This document shows positions 19,509 to 30,385 of a DNA stretch of 64,000 nt, piece after piece (the first letter of the stretch is position 1; each line of letters opens with the position of its first letter). Source of the stretch: Cenarchaeum sp. (lineage in GTDB: Archaea; Thermoproteota; Nitrososphaeria; Nitrososphaerales; Nitrosopumilaceae); assembly GCA_965242695.1 (NCBI GenBank), contig CBDESU010000002.1:160001-224000 (forward strand). Direction: 5' to 3'. Made by a program: the position numbers and the translations under genes. Below the pieces are notes generated by a model. The model did not search any database. It saw nothing but the letters and a program-made list of their open reading frames with translations, and had not been told where the DNA came from.

Positions 19509-21977
19509 TCAAACCCCAGTCGGGGACGGGTCGTGGACCACCGTCCCCTGGTACTGCGGCCGGCCTAGCCGCGTCGTATTGGCGCCATGAACCCGGACTT
19601 CCGGGTCATCGGACTTGGAGGAGGGCGGCACGGACGGCTTGATCGGCACGTGCCAGTTGCCAGGCCTTCGCCTCCGCCTCTGCGGGGGGCCGCGCCGCCG
19701 CATGCTCGGCGGCAGAGGCTTCGGAGGGCGCCGCAGCCTGGCGGGTGCAGGACGCGGCGCACGCCGCAGTCGCGGCATCGACCGGCGGCTGCCGGCGCGG
19801 AGGGGAATCAATGGCGCAGTCTGGGACGGAGCGGCCTTGCTCCGGCGGGCTTGCGATGCAGTTCGTGGCATCGCCCGAGGGGCCTGCGGGGACTGCCGGG
19901 CATGCAGTGCGATTGCAACGGCCACGGCCTCTCGGATCCTCGCCTCCGCGGCCGCGGACTCCGCGGCCCTGGCCGCCTCCGCGGCCTCCCGGATACTCGC
20001 CGCCTCCGCGGCCTCCCGGATACTCGCCGCCTCCGCGGCCGCCGCCTCTACGGCCCTGGCCGCCTCCGCGGCATCCCTGATGCCCGCCTCAGCGGCCGCC
20101 CTGTCTGCGCCTCCGCGGCCGCGGCCTCGACGGCCCTGGCCGCCTCCGCGGCATCCCTGATGCCCGCCTCCGCGGCCGCGGCATCCGCGGCCGCCCCTTT
20201 ACTCCCGCCGCCGCCGCCAGCCCGGGCCGCGATGCACTCGGGCGGCATCGGGCCGTCGAGGGGGCCCTTCCGGGCCTTGCCGGCTTCCCGACGCCGCCCC
20301 ACCGGGTCGGCGCGACCTGCCCGACCTTGAATATGTCGGCCGGGTCGGCGCCGCGGGCGAGCGCGACGAACGCCTCGTCTAGCGGAATGCCCTGCTTGTC
20401 GCACGTGAGTATGAACGAGAGTATGACCGAGAACACCCTTGCCCCCTCGACGGTGCGGAGCTGGTAGCGCACGTTGCGCTGCGAGACGGGCACGCGCCGC
20501 ACGTCGCTCTCGCCGGGGTTGTTCGTCGGCGGCATGTCCTTGAACATCAGGAACGTGACCAGGTTCTTGGCCGCGTTTTCTATCTCGACGCGCGACGGGT
20601 GGCCCTCTGGCAGGCGCCCCGCTATGTCCAGCGCCCTCTGGACTATGGAGTCGCGCTCCTCGGGCGCCGTGTCCATCCCGCTTACGCGCTCGTACAGGGA
20701 GCAGAACTCGTGGTACGCCAGCTTGACGGCGGGATCGTCGCTCACGATGGCGGCCTTCTTGAAGTTGTTGATGACGTGGCGCCAGCACCGCTGGATCTCG
20801 CCGAGGATGATCTCGTACACCTTGTGCCGTCGACGACGCCTGCCAGCTGGCGCGCGAACGCAAACTCCTCGTCGAATATGCCCTTGCCGCGCGAGGGGCG
20901 CGCCACGACCATGGCCGCGCACGCCACCGTGAGCAGCCACAGGTAGCCCTGCCTGCCGAACATGCGCATCGTCGTCTCGTCAAAGTGGCCCCATCCCGTG
21001 GACGTGAGCAGCCTCTCAAGGTGCTTCATGAACGGCTCGAGGATGCGCGCGGCCGCCCTGCGCCCGTTCCACAGCGCCGAGGCGCACGCCGACGTCCCGA
21101 GCAGGCTCTCCAGGTAGCGCGACAGCTTGCGGTCCGTCGCGGCAAGCGCGTACAGGACGAGCATCTTTGAGAGCATGACGGGGCCGAACCAGGTGCCCTT
21201 CAGGTCCGGCGCGTCCGGCGCGCGCGACCACTCGTGGCACTTTGAGCACCACAGCCTGCAGACGATCAGCTGCCACACGTGGACGCGCCCGTCGTCCTCG
21301 CCGATCTCGACGAACGTCTTCGACTTGGGCTGCTTGGCCTGGCGGGCGTACGTGGCGCGGCCGCAGTGCAGGCACTCGAAGATGGGGTAGCGGACGACCT
21401 TTTCGGGCTTTAGGCGGTGCGAGGTGCCGGGGTGGCCCATGGGAGGGCCCAGCGCCGCATCGGGCTTGGGGCGCCCGCACGACTCTGCCTGCTCCTTGTC
21501 GAACGCCTTGGCCAGCGGGTTGTACAGGGACGGCATGCCGCGCCGGCTGTTGGGCGTCTCGTAGTACTCGAGCCTCTTCTTGAGCTTGCGCACCAGCGCC
21601 TCCAGCTTGGCCAGCTTGGCGAGGTCCTTGGGGTTGTGGTTGCCCTTTATGGCGTCGATCTGCCACTTGATCGCGTCGAGATCCCGCGACATGTCGTCCG
21701 CCGTGCGCAGGTGCCCGGCGCCGGCCTTCGAGATCTCGACGGCCATCTCCATGAACCTGCCTGCATCTTCCGTCCTGGCAATGTCCGCCCGGACCTTGTA
21801 GTCCTCAAACTCTGCCTTGAGCCTGTGGACCAGGCGGATCAGACTTGCGATCTCGGCGCGCAGCAGGGCCTTTTCCCTCCCATGCGCATCCGGCTCGAGC
21901 CGTATCCGGGTGACGGCAGGGCAGCAGGCGCACATGACGTCTATGCTCCTCCCGCCGTCCTTGTCGACATGTGGCAC
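19509..21977 (-). mobile_element. IS66-family transposase, frameshifted, with an Ala/Glu-rich C-terminal extension
   Basis: Coiled coil with PNSRRGMPS, GHPGTS, CxxC...CxxC, HFDET, then DG-(frameshift at ~20825)-KVYE, QRCWRH and PPTNNPGE, all IS66 TnpC motifs. Element ends not identified. Confidence 0.85.
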
Positions 21978-22380
21978 GCCCTACTCTTCCCCCTCTCGTC
22001 CCGTCCGGCCGCGCTCCGCTTATCAGCTGCCGTGTAAACAATTCTTAACAATCGTGTAAAAAACGTGTGACTTGCCCTCCCGGGAGGCGCCGCCGAGGGG
22101 GGCCGCGCGCGGCCGCACGGCCGCCGCCGCGCGCAGCTCCTGCCGGTAGCAGCGGCAGCAGGCTCAAGAACGCCGGCTCGGGGGCCGCGCGGCCGCATGG
22201 CCGCCGTCACGCGGCCTCAGGATGCCGGCGGAACGGGCCATGCCCTGGCATGCGCACTAGGCAGAGGGGCGGCGGCACGCCTAGGGAGGGGCATGCGGAT
22301 GGAGGGGACCTGAGCTCATGCGCCCGGATGCGCGGCCTGCGGCATGCACACTTTAATACCCAACCTGAGGCGCGGCACAC

Positions 22381-22962
22381 GTGTCGAGGAGCAACAAGGA
22401 GTGGGTGCCCGGAGTCAAATCGGTCATGGTCAACAACGTGGGCCTGTTATGCCTGATCATAGACGGGAGCGACGGAAAGGCGGCAAGAGGAAGGGTTCGC
22501 TTGCAAAGGGTGGCCTATTTTTGTCAGTACTTGGGGTGGTCGCTTCGGGACTACCGGCTGCACCACTACCAGCCATTCTCGCAAACGCTAGCGGACACAG
22601 TTGCAGACGCCGAGTCGGGAGGTGTGATCATTGGGGACAGCGATGAGCCCCGTGTACTCCACCTCACTGACTATGGCAAAGAGATCACCGGCCTGTTCGT
22701 TGAAAACGTATGCGATCGGGACAAGGTCGACAAGACGCGCCGGCTTGCGCAGCGGCTATCCTGCTGGTCGTCCGAGGATCTTGAGCTGGCGGCTACCATT
22801 GACTATGTGGCAAACGGATCGCGCATGACAAAAAGCGCATTGTTGGACAAGGTGTGCGCAATTAGGCCCGCCCACACAAGGGACAAAATCGAGCAGGTTC
22901 ACTCCAAGTGGAAGCGGCTTGTTCGCGATGAAGGCCTGCCGATCAAGTCGGTGCGCTGGTAG
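22381..22962 (+). CDS. YwgA/SocA(Panacea, DUF4065)-like protein
   Basis: GRVRLQRVAYFCQYLG, YRLHHYQPFSQTL and LELAATIDY resemble the LQKxxY / YGPYS / LELxAT pattern. Confidence 0.65.
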   Translation: MSRSNKEWVPGVKSVMVNNVGLLCLIIDGSDGKAARGRVRLQRVAYFCQYLGWSLRDYRLHHYQPFSQTLADTVADAESGGVIIGDSDEPRVLHLTDYGKEITGLFVENVCDRDKVDKTRRLAQRLSCWSSEDLELAATIDYVANGSRMTKSALLDKVCAIRPAHTRDKIEQVHSKWKRLVRDEGLPIKSVRW

Positions 22963-23041
22963 AACAGGCCTCGGGTCATTCTGCTAGGCAGGGCGTGCAC
23001 CGCCCCGTTTGTCCCAATCTAGGCCCAGGGATCACCGGCCA

Positions 23042-23130
23042 CTACGCGCGTGCGCTTCCGGCTAGTACTCGCCGGACAAGCCCGGCGACGCTGTCGGGGC
23101 AGAATATCCACGACTCGCGCGTCAGCCTTG
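23042..23130 (-). pseudogene. Detached C-terminal ~29 codons of the HD phosphohydrolase gene, cut off by IS630
   Basis: Removing the IS and one TA restores the frame SGIVDAT-TRLTRESWIFCPDSVAGLVRRVLAGSARA*. Confidence 0.8.
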
Positions 23131-23132
23131 TA

Positions 23133-24759
23133 TACATAATCCACGAGGGGTTGTGGAAAAAAGCTGACCTCGTGTGAAAGATTGTTGACAACGTGGGTCA
23201 ACACCCCCGTCGGCGCATGCGGGTCATGCCAAGGAAAGCAGAGGCACCAAAGGGCGGGGCGTTCCTTCCGGAGACAAGCGCCGAGGAGCTGCTCACCATG
23301 TCAAAGAGTGCCACAAACGGGATCGATGCGATAAGGTACATGGCCATGCACATGAGGAAGATCGGCTGGGAGATCGACCAGATTGCCGAGGGCTTGGGGC
23401 GCAGCCCCGAGACGATCAGGAGATGGCTCACGCGGGCGCACAGGGAGGGCATCGGCGGTGTGCCCCACGTCAAGAAGGGGACGCTCTGCCGGCTGTCCGT
23501 CGAGGAGCGCGGCGAGCTGGCCTGCGACATCGCGACAACGCGCCCGATCGACCACGGCCTTGTGGGCACCGCATGGGACTACAAGACCGTCCAGATCCAC
23601 ATCAAGAACAAGTTCAAGAGGGAGTACACGTACAACGGCACGCACCGGCTTCTCCAGAGGATGGGCATCCGCCCGATGGCGCCCCGCCCCGTCCATCCCG
23701 ACGGCCTCGGCGAGGAGGAGCAGTACGAGTACAAGCGCGCAATGCGGGCCCGCGCCCAGTCGCTCCACAGGCAGGGCTTCAAGGCGCAGGGCGGCGCCGA
23801 CGAGGTGCACATCGCCGTCGACGAGCGGCCCACCAAAGGGCTCGGGATGAAGGGAGGCCGCCCCGTGTCCGTGCCGTCGTCGGTGGCAATGGGCCGCCTT
23901 ACGTGCTTTGTGGCCCTCTTTGACGGCGCCCTGTACATAATGCGGGCCAAAAAGAACGCCAACACCGACGAGTTCATAAGGTTCTGCAACATGCTGTTGG
24001 AGATCGAGGGCATGGTGCTGCTCTGGGTCGACAACGTAAGGTACCACAAGTCAAAGCGCTTTGAAAAGTACCTCGAGGACAACCGCGACCGCCTGCGCGT
24101 GTTCTACCTGCCCGAGTACACGTCGCCCCTGGCCGTCGCCGAGACCGAGATGGGCCCCATCAAAAAGGCCGCCGCCAAGAGGTCGCCAAAGGACAGGGAA
24201 GATGTGTGGAAGGCCCTGTGCGAGGCGGCCGCTGCGGATGACCTGCCCGTCAAGCAGCTGTACGGATGGATGCGCATCTACGACCCCGATCCCGGTCCGA
24301 CGGCGATGGCCCCCAAGTACGAGTACGACGGCGACCTGCTCATCGTCAGGTCGGACGCGCCGCCCGAACCGGCGCCCAAGCGGGGCAGGATCAAGTCGGC
24401 GTCTGGCGACGACGGCATCCTGACGTTCGAAGAGTTCAAAAAGATCCCGAAAAGCGTGTTTGACTCCGACGGCAACATGCTCAAGCCCTTCCTGATGCTT
24501 CCAACAGGAGCGCTGCGCAACATGGCGCCTGGCCTCTACACCCCGTAACGCGCGACGGCCAATCAAGAATGCGCGCTGCCGGATGCCTGCCGCCGGCAGC
24601 GTTCCCTGTTCCGCAATTGAGCCGTCCGTATGTGCACAACAAAGGTGCGGCAGGACATATCGCTTCCAACATGAGTCGCATTTCTGGACTTGATATTTTT
24701 ACCCCCTTTCCCATTTTCCACCAATAAAGAAATACCCACATTGGCTCATGGATTACGTA
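23133..24759 (+). mobile_element. IS630/Tc1-family insertion sequence with 15-bp imperfect TIRs and TA target duplication
   Basis: Left end TACATAATCCACGAG (23133-23147) and right end CTCATGGATTACGTA (24745-24759) match 13/15 as an inverted repeat; flanked by TA at 23131-32 and 24760-61. Confidence 0.9.
23193..24548 (+). CDS. IS630-family transposase
   Basis: HTH (IAEGLGRSPETIRRW), winged HTH (WDYKTVQIHIKNKF) and DDE residues in GADE, VDNVRYHKS and LPEYTSPLAVAE. Confidence 0.92.
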   Translation: MGQHPRRRMRVMPRKAEAPKGGAFLPETSAEELLTMSKSATNGIDAIRYMAMHMRKIGWEIDQIAEGLGRSPETIRRWLTRAHREGIGGVPHVKKGTLCRLSVEERGELACDIATTRPIDHGLVGTAWDYKTVQIHIKNKFKREYTYNGTHRLLQRMGIRPMAPRPVHPDGLGEEEQYEYKRAMRARAQSLHRQGFKAQGGADEVHIAVDERPTKGLGMKGGRPVSVPSSVAMGRLTCFVALFDGALYIMRAKKNANTDEFIRFCNMLLEIEGMVLLWVDNVRYHKSKRFEKYLEDNRDRLRVFYLPEYTSPLAVAETEMGPIKKAAAKRSPKDREDVWKALCEAAAADDLPVKQLYGWMRIYDPDPGPTAMAPKYEYDGDLLIVRSDAPPEPAPKRGRIKSASGDDGILTFEEFKKIPKSVFDSDGNMLKPFLMLPTGALRNMAPGLYTP

Positions 24760-26118
24760 TAGTAGCATCAACAATGCCGGACATTCGGGAGATCTCCTCA
24801 AGTCCACCGGTTCTGTCAGATACTAAGATGTGATTAGATATGGCGCCCTTGTCTCCCGAACTGGTCGCGGTGTACGGCCGATAACCTGCCGGAACCGGAT
24901 CATCGTATATGAAGTAATAGTCTGTGTCCAAGGCGTGCTCGCTGAACGCCTTTACGACTCTCGTATGAGATCTTAGGAGGTTATCAATGCATCCAACAGG
25001 ATTGATGTCGGTGACGGTTTTGAAAAGGTTGCGCCGGAGCAGGCGGCGCGAGAGGTCGTTCAGAACCGGATCCTCAGACGCGGTCCACCCTCGGAGCATG
25101 CCGTGACATGCATGGTCATCCAGCGATAGTAGGACGTCGGGAGTCACTTTCCCCGATATGCCTAGAATGGACGATCGGATCCGGGGCAGTTTTGCGGCTC
25201 GCTCAAACGTCTTTGCCAGCATCGCCTCCGCGCAGCGTATAGTCTTGTGCTGGTAGACCCCCTTGTACATAAAATAGCGCGCCAAGATGTAGTTCGCCAC
25301 GGGCTCGACGCCCTTTGCATCCACCACCACCGTCCTCCCCACCTCCGACCGATCCCCATCCCAGAGCTTCATTGTGCTTGCGATCCTGTGCATGTCGATT
25401 CTTCCGTATTGTACCCCGGTGAATAGCGAGTCGCGCATGAGGTAGTCCATACGGTCTGCATCTAGCTGGCTGCTGAGAAGCTGTGACACGAAAAGCAGGT
25501 CGGCGGGTGGTTCACCCCTTAGAAGATCAATTATGAGGCCTGGGTCGATGCCATTGCGCCTAAGCACTCCCGCTACGGGCGAAGTCCTAACGATGTCTCG
25601 CGTCATACGCTCGTGGTTAAACCTTCCATCCTCCAGAAACCGCTCCGAGGCATGGGACAGCGGGCCGTGCCCTATGTCATGAAGCAGGGCGGCGACGGCG
25701 CCCACGGGCCTGATCTGTCTCACCATCTTGGCGGTCAAGCTGGACTGCTTGACGACTGAATCGAAAAGCGTCAGAAACACGTGCATTACCCCTATGCTGT
25801 GCGCAAAGCGGTATGGGTAGCGCTGGGGTACACGACGGACGCCAGCCCTAGCTGCTGCAGTGACTTGAGGCGCTGGAAATGGGGCGTGCCGATCAACTGC
25901 AGAACGACGGGGTACTCGGACACGTCGATAAAGTTGTGCACCGGGTCCATTATGCGGACGGCCTTGTCGCGCCTCCCTCTTGCAGGGACGTCGCCGATCT
26001 CGTACCCCTCGAGCTCTCTTCTGCGCTTCCTCACAAACGGAGGCTGGCGGGGGGGTTGATAAGGGGTTTGAGCGCCGGCTGTTGTGGCCTGCGCAGGTGC
26101 AGTGACTCGGGTTGCCAC
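24760..26118 (-). pseudogene. HD-domain phosphohydrolase (YwfO/SAMHD1-like dNTPase family), frameshifted and IS-truncated
   Basis: IMDPVHNFI, FQRLKSLQQLG, YPSATHT-(1-nt frameshift at ~25810)-RFAHSIG, LLHDIGHGPLSH, LDADRMDYLMRD and YQHKT motifs. Confidence 0.88.
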
Positions 26119-26475
26119 GTGCAGGCCCCTGATTCATGTCCCTTCCCGACGCCGACGAATGCCTTGCGCGGCCTGCGCCCAAACATTGCCTACCGCCTCG
26201 TGCCCCTGCGCATCAAGGTTCGTTCAGGGCCGATCGCTCAGCCTCCGCCGGCAGGCCGCCAGCAAGTCCACCTGCTTCGTATCCGCATTCTAGCGCCGCG
26301 CCTAGGCCCAAAAATGCTGGCAGTGCCCGCCCAATTGCCTCCCGGCAGTCGAAGGCGTCGGCAGGCGCTGCGGTGCGCGCAGTAACTGCGGCGCACAGGC
26401 ACGGGCCGGCATGCCAAGATCCGGCGCGGGCACTCGCCCGGCAACCGATAATACCGCCTGCCTCGCACGGGCGGC

Positions 26476-27645
26476 ATGGAGAAGGGAGGCGGCAGGACGG
26501 GCTTTACGACGGGTGCCTGCGCCGCGGCCGCCGCCAAGGCGGCCGCTGCGCGCATCGTAGGGGGCTCGCCGCTCGAGTCCGTGTCGGTGCGCCTGCCCAA
26601 GGGCGGCGGCCGGGCCGAGTTTGCAGTGGACCGGTGCGAGTGCGACAGTACCGCCCGCACTGCAACCTGCTTCGTCGTAAAGGACGCCGGCGACGACCCC
26701 GACGTCACGCACGGAGCCAAGATCGTCGCCACCGTGTCCGTCGACCCGGACGGGCCGGCCGGTGCAGTCGCGGTCGAGGGCGGCGAGGGGGTCGGCACCG
26801 TCACAAAGCCCGGCCTAGGCCTGGAAGTCGGCGTGCCGGCGATAAACCCCGTCCCCCGCTCCATGATCACCGCCGAGGTCGAGGAGGCTGCCGCGCCCCT
26901 GCTCGCCGGAGGCGCGTCGATCAAGGTGGTCGTGTCCGTCCCCGCCGGAAGGGAGCTTGCTTCCAGGACGGACAATCCGCGCCTCGGCATCGTCGGCGGC
27001 ATATCCATACTCGGAACGCGCGGCATCGTCGTGCCGTTCTCGACGGCCGCGTTCGCCGCGTCCATACGGCAGAGCATCGACGTGGCAGTGGCCATGGGCG
27101 ACCGGCGGATCGTGCTGTCCACGGGGGGGCGCAGCGAGGAGTTCGCCCGCGCCCTGACCGGCCTTGCCGACCACTGCTACGTGCAGATGGGCGACTTTGC
27201 CGGGTACGCCGTCGAGCAGTGCGCCAAAAAGGGAATCGAGGAGGCGGTCATCGCGGGGTTCATCGGCAAGCTTGCAAAGATGGCCGCCGGCGCGTCGCAG
27301 ACGCATGTCAAGGGCTCAAAGGTCGACACCGCGTTCCTTGCGCGCCTTGCATCCGAGGCCGGAGCTCCCGGCGGCGAGGCGTCGCTCGTCAGGGGCGCCA
27401 ACACGGCCCGGCACGTCCTCGAGATCGTATCGGAGAGGAGCTGGGCCGGCGCGTTCCTCGAGGGCGTGTGCGGGCAGGTCTACTCGCACATGCGGCGCAG
27501 GGCGGGGGAGAGCCTGCGGCTGGAGGTCGTCATGTTCGGCTTTGACGGGGAAGTGCTTGCAAGGAATCCCGCCTGCGCTGGCAAGGGTTCCACTGATCAA
27601 AGCAAAAGAAAGGCAAAGACGCCACAGCCGCCTAAGAGCCAATAG
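26476..27645 (+). CDS. cbiD: Cobalt-precorrin-5B C1-methyltransferase
   Basis: RTGFTTGACAAAA, KDAGDDPDVTHGA, PAINPVPR and NPRLGIVGGISILGTRGIV motifs. Confidence 0.96.
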   Translation: MEKGGGRTGFTTGACAAAAAKAAAARIVGGSPLESVSVRLPKGGGRAEFAVDRCECDSTARTATCFVVKDAGDDPDVTHGAKIVATVSVDPDGPAGAVAVEGGEGVGTVTKPGLGLEVGVPAINPVPRSMITAEVEEAAAPLLAGGASIKVVVSVPAGRELASRTDNPRLGIVGGISILGTRGIVVPFSTAAFAASIRQSIDVAVAMGDRRIVLSTGGRSEEFARALTGLADHCYVQMGDFAGYAVEQCAKKGIEEAVIAGFIGKLAKMAAGASQTHVKGSKVDTAFLARLASEAGAPGGEASLVRGANTARHVLEIVSERSWAGAFLEGVCGQVYSHMRRRAGESLRLEVVMFGFDGEVLARNPACAGKGSTDQSKRKAKTPQPPKSQ

Positions 27646-27862
27646 GCGTGCGCACTCCTGCCCTAGCCGCTACCCCGACGGCAGGCAGCGTGTGCTGTCA
27701 CGAATCCGTCCAGATCGCCCTCCGGGTGGTGCCGCCTGGTCAGGCACACCGTATGGTGGCCTCCTCCCCGGCCGCAAATGTCACAATGCTGTACGGAGTC
27801 TGGCATCCCCGCCGCCCCCCCCCCTCCCAAGGCATTTTATCGGGCCACCAGCGCCCCGCGCC

Positions 27863-28966
27863 GTGGAAAAGGTCGCAATCCTGGCCATCACCAGGGGAGG
27901 GCTCGGCACGGCCCGCCGCCTGCTCGCCGCGTTCCCGGCGTGGACGGCGCACGCGCCGGCAAAGCTCTCCGACGGCGGGGCCGACATTGAGTGGTTCGGC
28001 GAGCCCACGTCGGCCAGACTCGGCTCCCTGTTCAGGGGCAGCGATGCGCTCGTCTGCCTGTTCTCGCTCGGCGCCGTCATCCGCCTTGCCGCCCCGCACA
28101 TGCGCGACAAGAAGACGGACCCCGCCGTCGTCGTAGTCGACGAGGCGGCCCGCTACGCGATCAGCGCCCTGTCGGGGCACCTGGGCGGGGCCAACGAGCT
28201 GGCATCGGGCATCGCCGGCGCCATAGGCGCCGAGCCGGTCATTACGACGGCAGCCGACGTCAAGAACACCATACCCGTCGACATGGTCGGGCGGCGGTTC
28301 GGGTGGTCCATAGAGGACGACTCGGACGTGACCCGGGCGAGCGCCTGCATGGTCAACGGCGAAAGGGTGGGGCTGTACCAGGACGCGGGCCGGACGGACT
28401 GGTGGGAGGGCCGCGCAGGGCCCCTGCCGGCCAACGTCGCAACGTACGAGTCCCTTGCCGATCTCGATGCGTCCGGCCCTGCCGCCGTCCTTGCCATAAC
28501 CGACCGCATCGTCGGCATCGGCCCGTCCGGCGGCGACGCGGCCAGGCCGGCCGTCGTCGTGTACCGGCCCGGGACGCTGGCAGTCGGCGTCGGGCTGCAC
28601 CGCGGCACCACGTCGAGCACCGTACTCGGCGGCATCCGCGACTGCCTCGCGTCCCACGCGCTCAGCCTGCGGTCCGTAGCCTGCCTGGCCTCAATGAGGA
28701 GGGACGTCCGGCCGGCCGGCCTAGAGGAGGCGGCGGCCGAGCTGGCCGTGCCCGTCGCATACGTCGAGCCCGGCGAGCTCGCCGGCGTCAAGGTGCCGAA
28801 CCCGTCCGAGACGGTGCGCGCGTTCGAGGGGACGCCGAGCGTCTCCGAGGCGGCGGCCCTGACGGCGGCATCGGGGCTGGAGGGGGCCGCCGGCGCGCGC
28901 CTTGCCGTTGAAAAGCAGAAATACCCGCCCGACCTGACCGTGGCCGTAGCGAGGTCCTACTGGTGA
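27863..28966 (+). CDS. cbiG: Cobalt-precorrin-5A hydrolase CbiG
   Basis: GTG start (EKVAILAITRGG); DKKTDPAVVVVDE, LSGHLGGANEL, VITTAAD and SVSEAAAL motifs. Confidence 0.95.
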   Translation: MEKVAILAITRGGLGTARRLLAAFPAWTAHAPAKLSDGGADIEWFGEPTSARLGSLFRGSDALVCLFSLGAVIRLAAPHMRDKKTDPAVVVVDEAARYAISALSGHLGGANELASGIAGAIGAEPVITTAADVKNTIPVDMVGRRFGWSIEDDSDVTRASACMVNGERVGLYQDAGRTDWWEGRAGPLPANVATYESLADLDASGPAAVLAITDRIVGIGPSGGDAARPAVVVYRPGTLAVGVGLHRGTTSSTVLGGIRDCLASHALSLRSVACLASMRRDVRPAGLEEAAAELAVPVAYVEPGELAGVKVPNPSETVRAFEGTPSVSEAAALTAASGLEGAAGARLAVEKQKYPPDLTVAVARSYW

Positions 28967-29736
28967 GTACAAAGCGCAGCCTGCTGGTGATCGACAGGGG
29001 CTCGAGGGAGCCCGAGGCGCGCGGCGAGCTGGACGCGATCTGCGCCGGCGCGATGCGCAGGGGCGGCTACGACCACGCCTCGTACTGCTTTTTGGAGGTC
29101 GAGCCGCCGTACATCGAGGAGGGCATCGACGGGGCCCTGGCCGGCTCGCCCGGCACGCTCACCATCGTCCCGTACTTTCTGTACCCCGGCCGCAAGTCAA
29201 AGGCGGCCGTGACCGACGCGATGAGGAGGCAGGCGGCATCGCCCGGCACTAGGTTCGTCGTGTCGCGGGCCATGAGCATGCACCCGACGATGGTCGATAT
29301 CGTGCGCAGCCGCGTCTCGGCCGCGCTTGAGGAGGGCGGCGAGGGCGGGACGCCGGCCGGCGAGGTGGACGTGCTCGTCGTGTGCCACGGCAGCAAGGAT
29401 CCCAACGCAAAGCGATCCGTGCGGTACGTCGTCGACGCGCTCGCCCCCGACTACCGCAGCGTGGACCACTGCTTTCTGGAGATCGAAAAGCCGGACATAC
29501 GCGACGGCATACGGGCCGCCGAGCGGCGCCGGCCGCGCGTGCTCGTCGTCGTGTTCTACTTTCTGCACGAGGGGGCGCACGTAAAGCGCGACATCTACGA
29601 GGACCTCAACCCCGCCCTCAAGGAGGCCGCGGGGCTCGGCAGGGTCCTCGTCACGAGGCACATCGGGACGGACGAGCGCATGATCGACCTGATCGTGAGC
29701 AGGGCAAGGGAGGCCGAGGCGGCTGCCGCCGCCTGA
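28963..29736 (+). CDS. cbiX: Sirohydrochlorin cobaltochelatase (two-domain CbiX)
   Basis: DRGSRE, CFLEVEPP, VPYFLYPG, and second repeat HGSKD, CFLEIEKP, FLHEGAHVKRDI. Confidence 0.9.
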   Translation: MSTKRSLLVIDRGSREPEARGELDAICAGAMRRGGYDHASYCFLEVEPPYIEEGIDGALAGSPGTLTIVPYFLYPGRKSKAAVTDAMRRQAASPGTRFVVSRAMSMHPTMVDIVRSRVSAALEEGGEGGTPAGEVDVLVVCHGSKDPNAKRSVRYVVDALAPDYRSVDHCFLEIEKPDIRDGIRAAERRRPRVLVVVFYFLHEGAHVKRDIYEDLNPALKEAAGLGRVLVTRHIGTDERMIDLIVSRAREAEAAAAA

Positions 29737-29779
29737 CGGCGCCGGGCCGGGCGCCGGCCTGGGGCCGAGCCGGGCCGGC

Positions 29780-30385
29780 ATGTCCATAGAGGAGGCCAGC
29801 ATGGCCGTCATCGAAAGGGAGATCGGCGAGCACCCGTACAAGGGCGGCGAGTGGCATATAGTGCGCCGCATAATACACTCGACGGCCGACTTTGACTTTG
29901 CCGGCTCCAACGCGGTGCGGTTCAGCGCGGGGGCAGTCGAGTCGGGCCTGCGCGCGCTGCGCGGGGGCAGGCCCATCGTGGCCGACGTCAGCGGCGTGGC
30001 CGGCCTGATCAGCCGGCAGGGCCCCGCAAGGCACGGCAATGCCGTCGTCTGCCGCATATCCGATGGGGCCGTCGCCGAGAGGGCCGAGAGGGACGGGACG
30101 ACGCGGGCGCGGGCGGCCATGAGGGAGTCGGCCGCGGACATCGACGGCGGCATCGTCGTCGTCGGCAACGCGCCGACGGCCCTGCTCGAGGTCCTCGCCA
30201 TGTCAAGGGAGGGCGCGGCGCGGCCGGCCCTCGTCGTCGGCCTCCCGGTCGGGTTCATCTCGGCGGCCGAGTCCAAGGAGGAACTCGCAGGGCGGGCAGA
30301 CCTAGAGTTCATCACGAACGGGGGCAGGAAGGGCGGCAGCGCGGCCGCCGCGGCAGTAGTCAACGCGCTGTTCAGGATGCTGTAG
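29780..30385 (+). CDS. cbiC: Precorrin-8X methylmutase
   Basis: SIEEASMAVI, RRIIHSTADF, VGNAPTALL, PVGFISAAESK and GRKGGS motifs. Confidence 0.96.
   Translation: MSIEEASMAVIEREIGEHPYKGGEWHIVRRIIHSTADFDFAGSNAVRFSAGAVESGLRALRGGRPIVADVSGVAGLISRQGPARHGNAVVCRISDGAVAERAERDGTTRARAAMRESAADIDGGIVVVGNAPTALLEVLAMSREGAARPALVVGLPVGFISAAESKEELAGRADLEFITNGGRKGGSAAAAAVVNALFRML

Noticed and set aside
25800-25820. Programmed frameshift in the HD gene (also considered for IS66 at ~20825)
   Set aside because: No slippery heptamer is present. Both are single-base deletions in conserved motifs, so mutation or sequencing error is more likely.
16700-26400. Provirus around the capsid-like gene
   Set aside because: No integrase, terminase, portal, tail or replication genes, and no att repeats were seen.
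26190-26470. Cobalamin riboswitch upstream of cbiD
   Set aside because: No recognisable B12-box or conserved core. The TATA-like element lies close to the start codon, suggesting a leaderless transcript.
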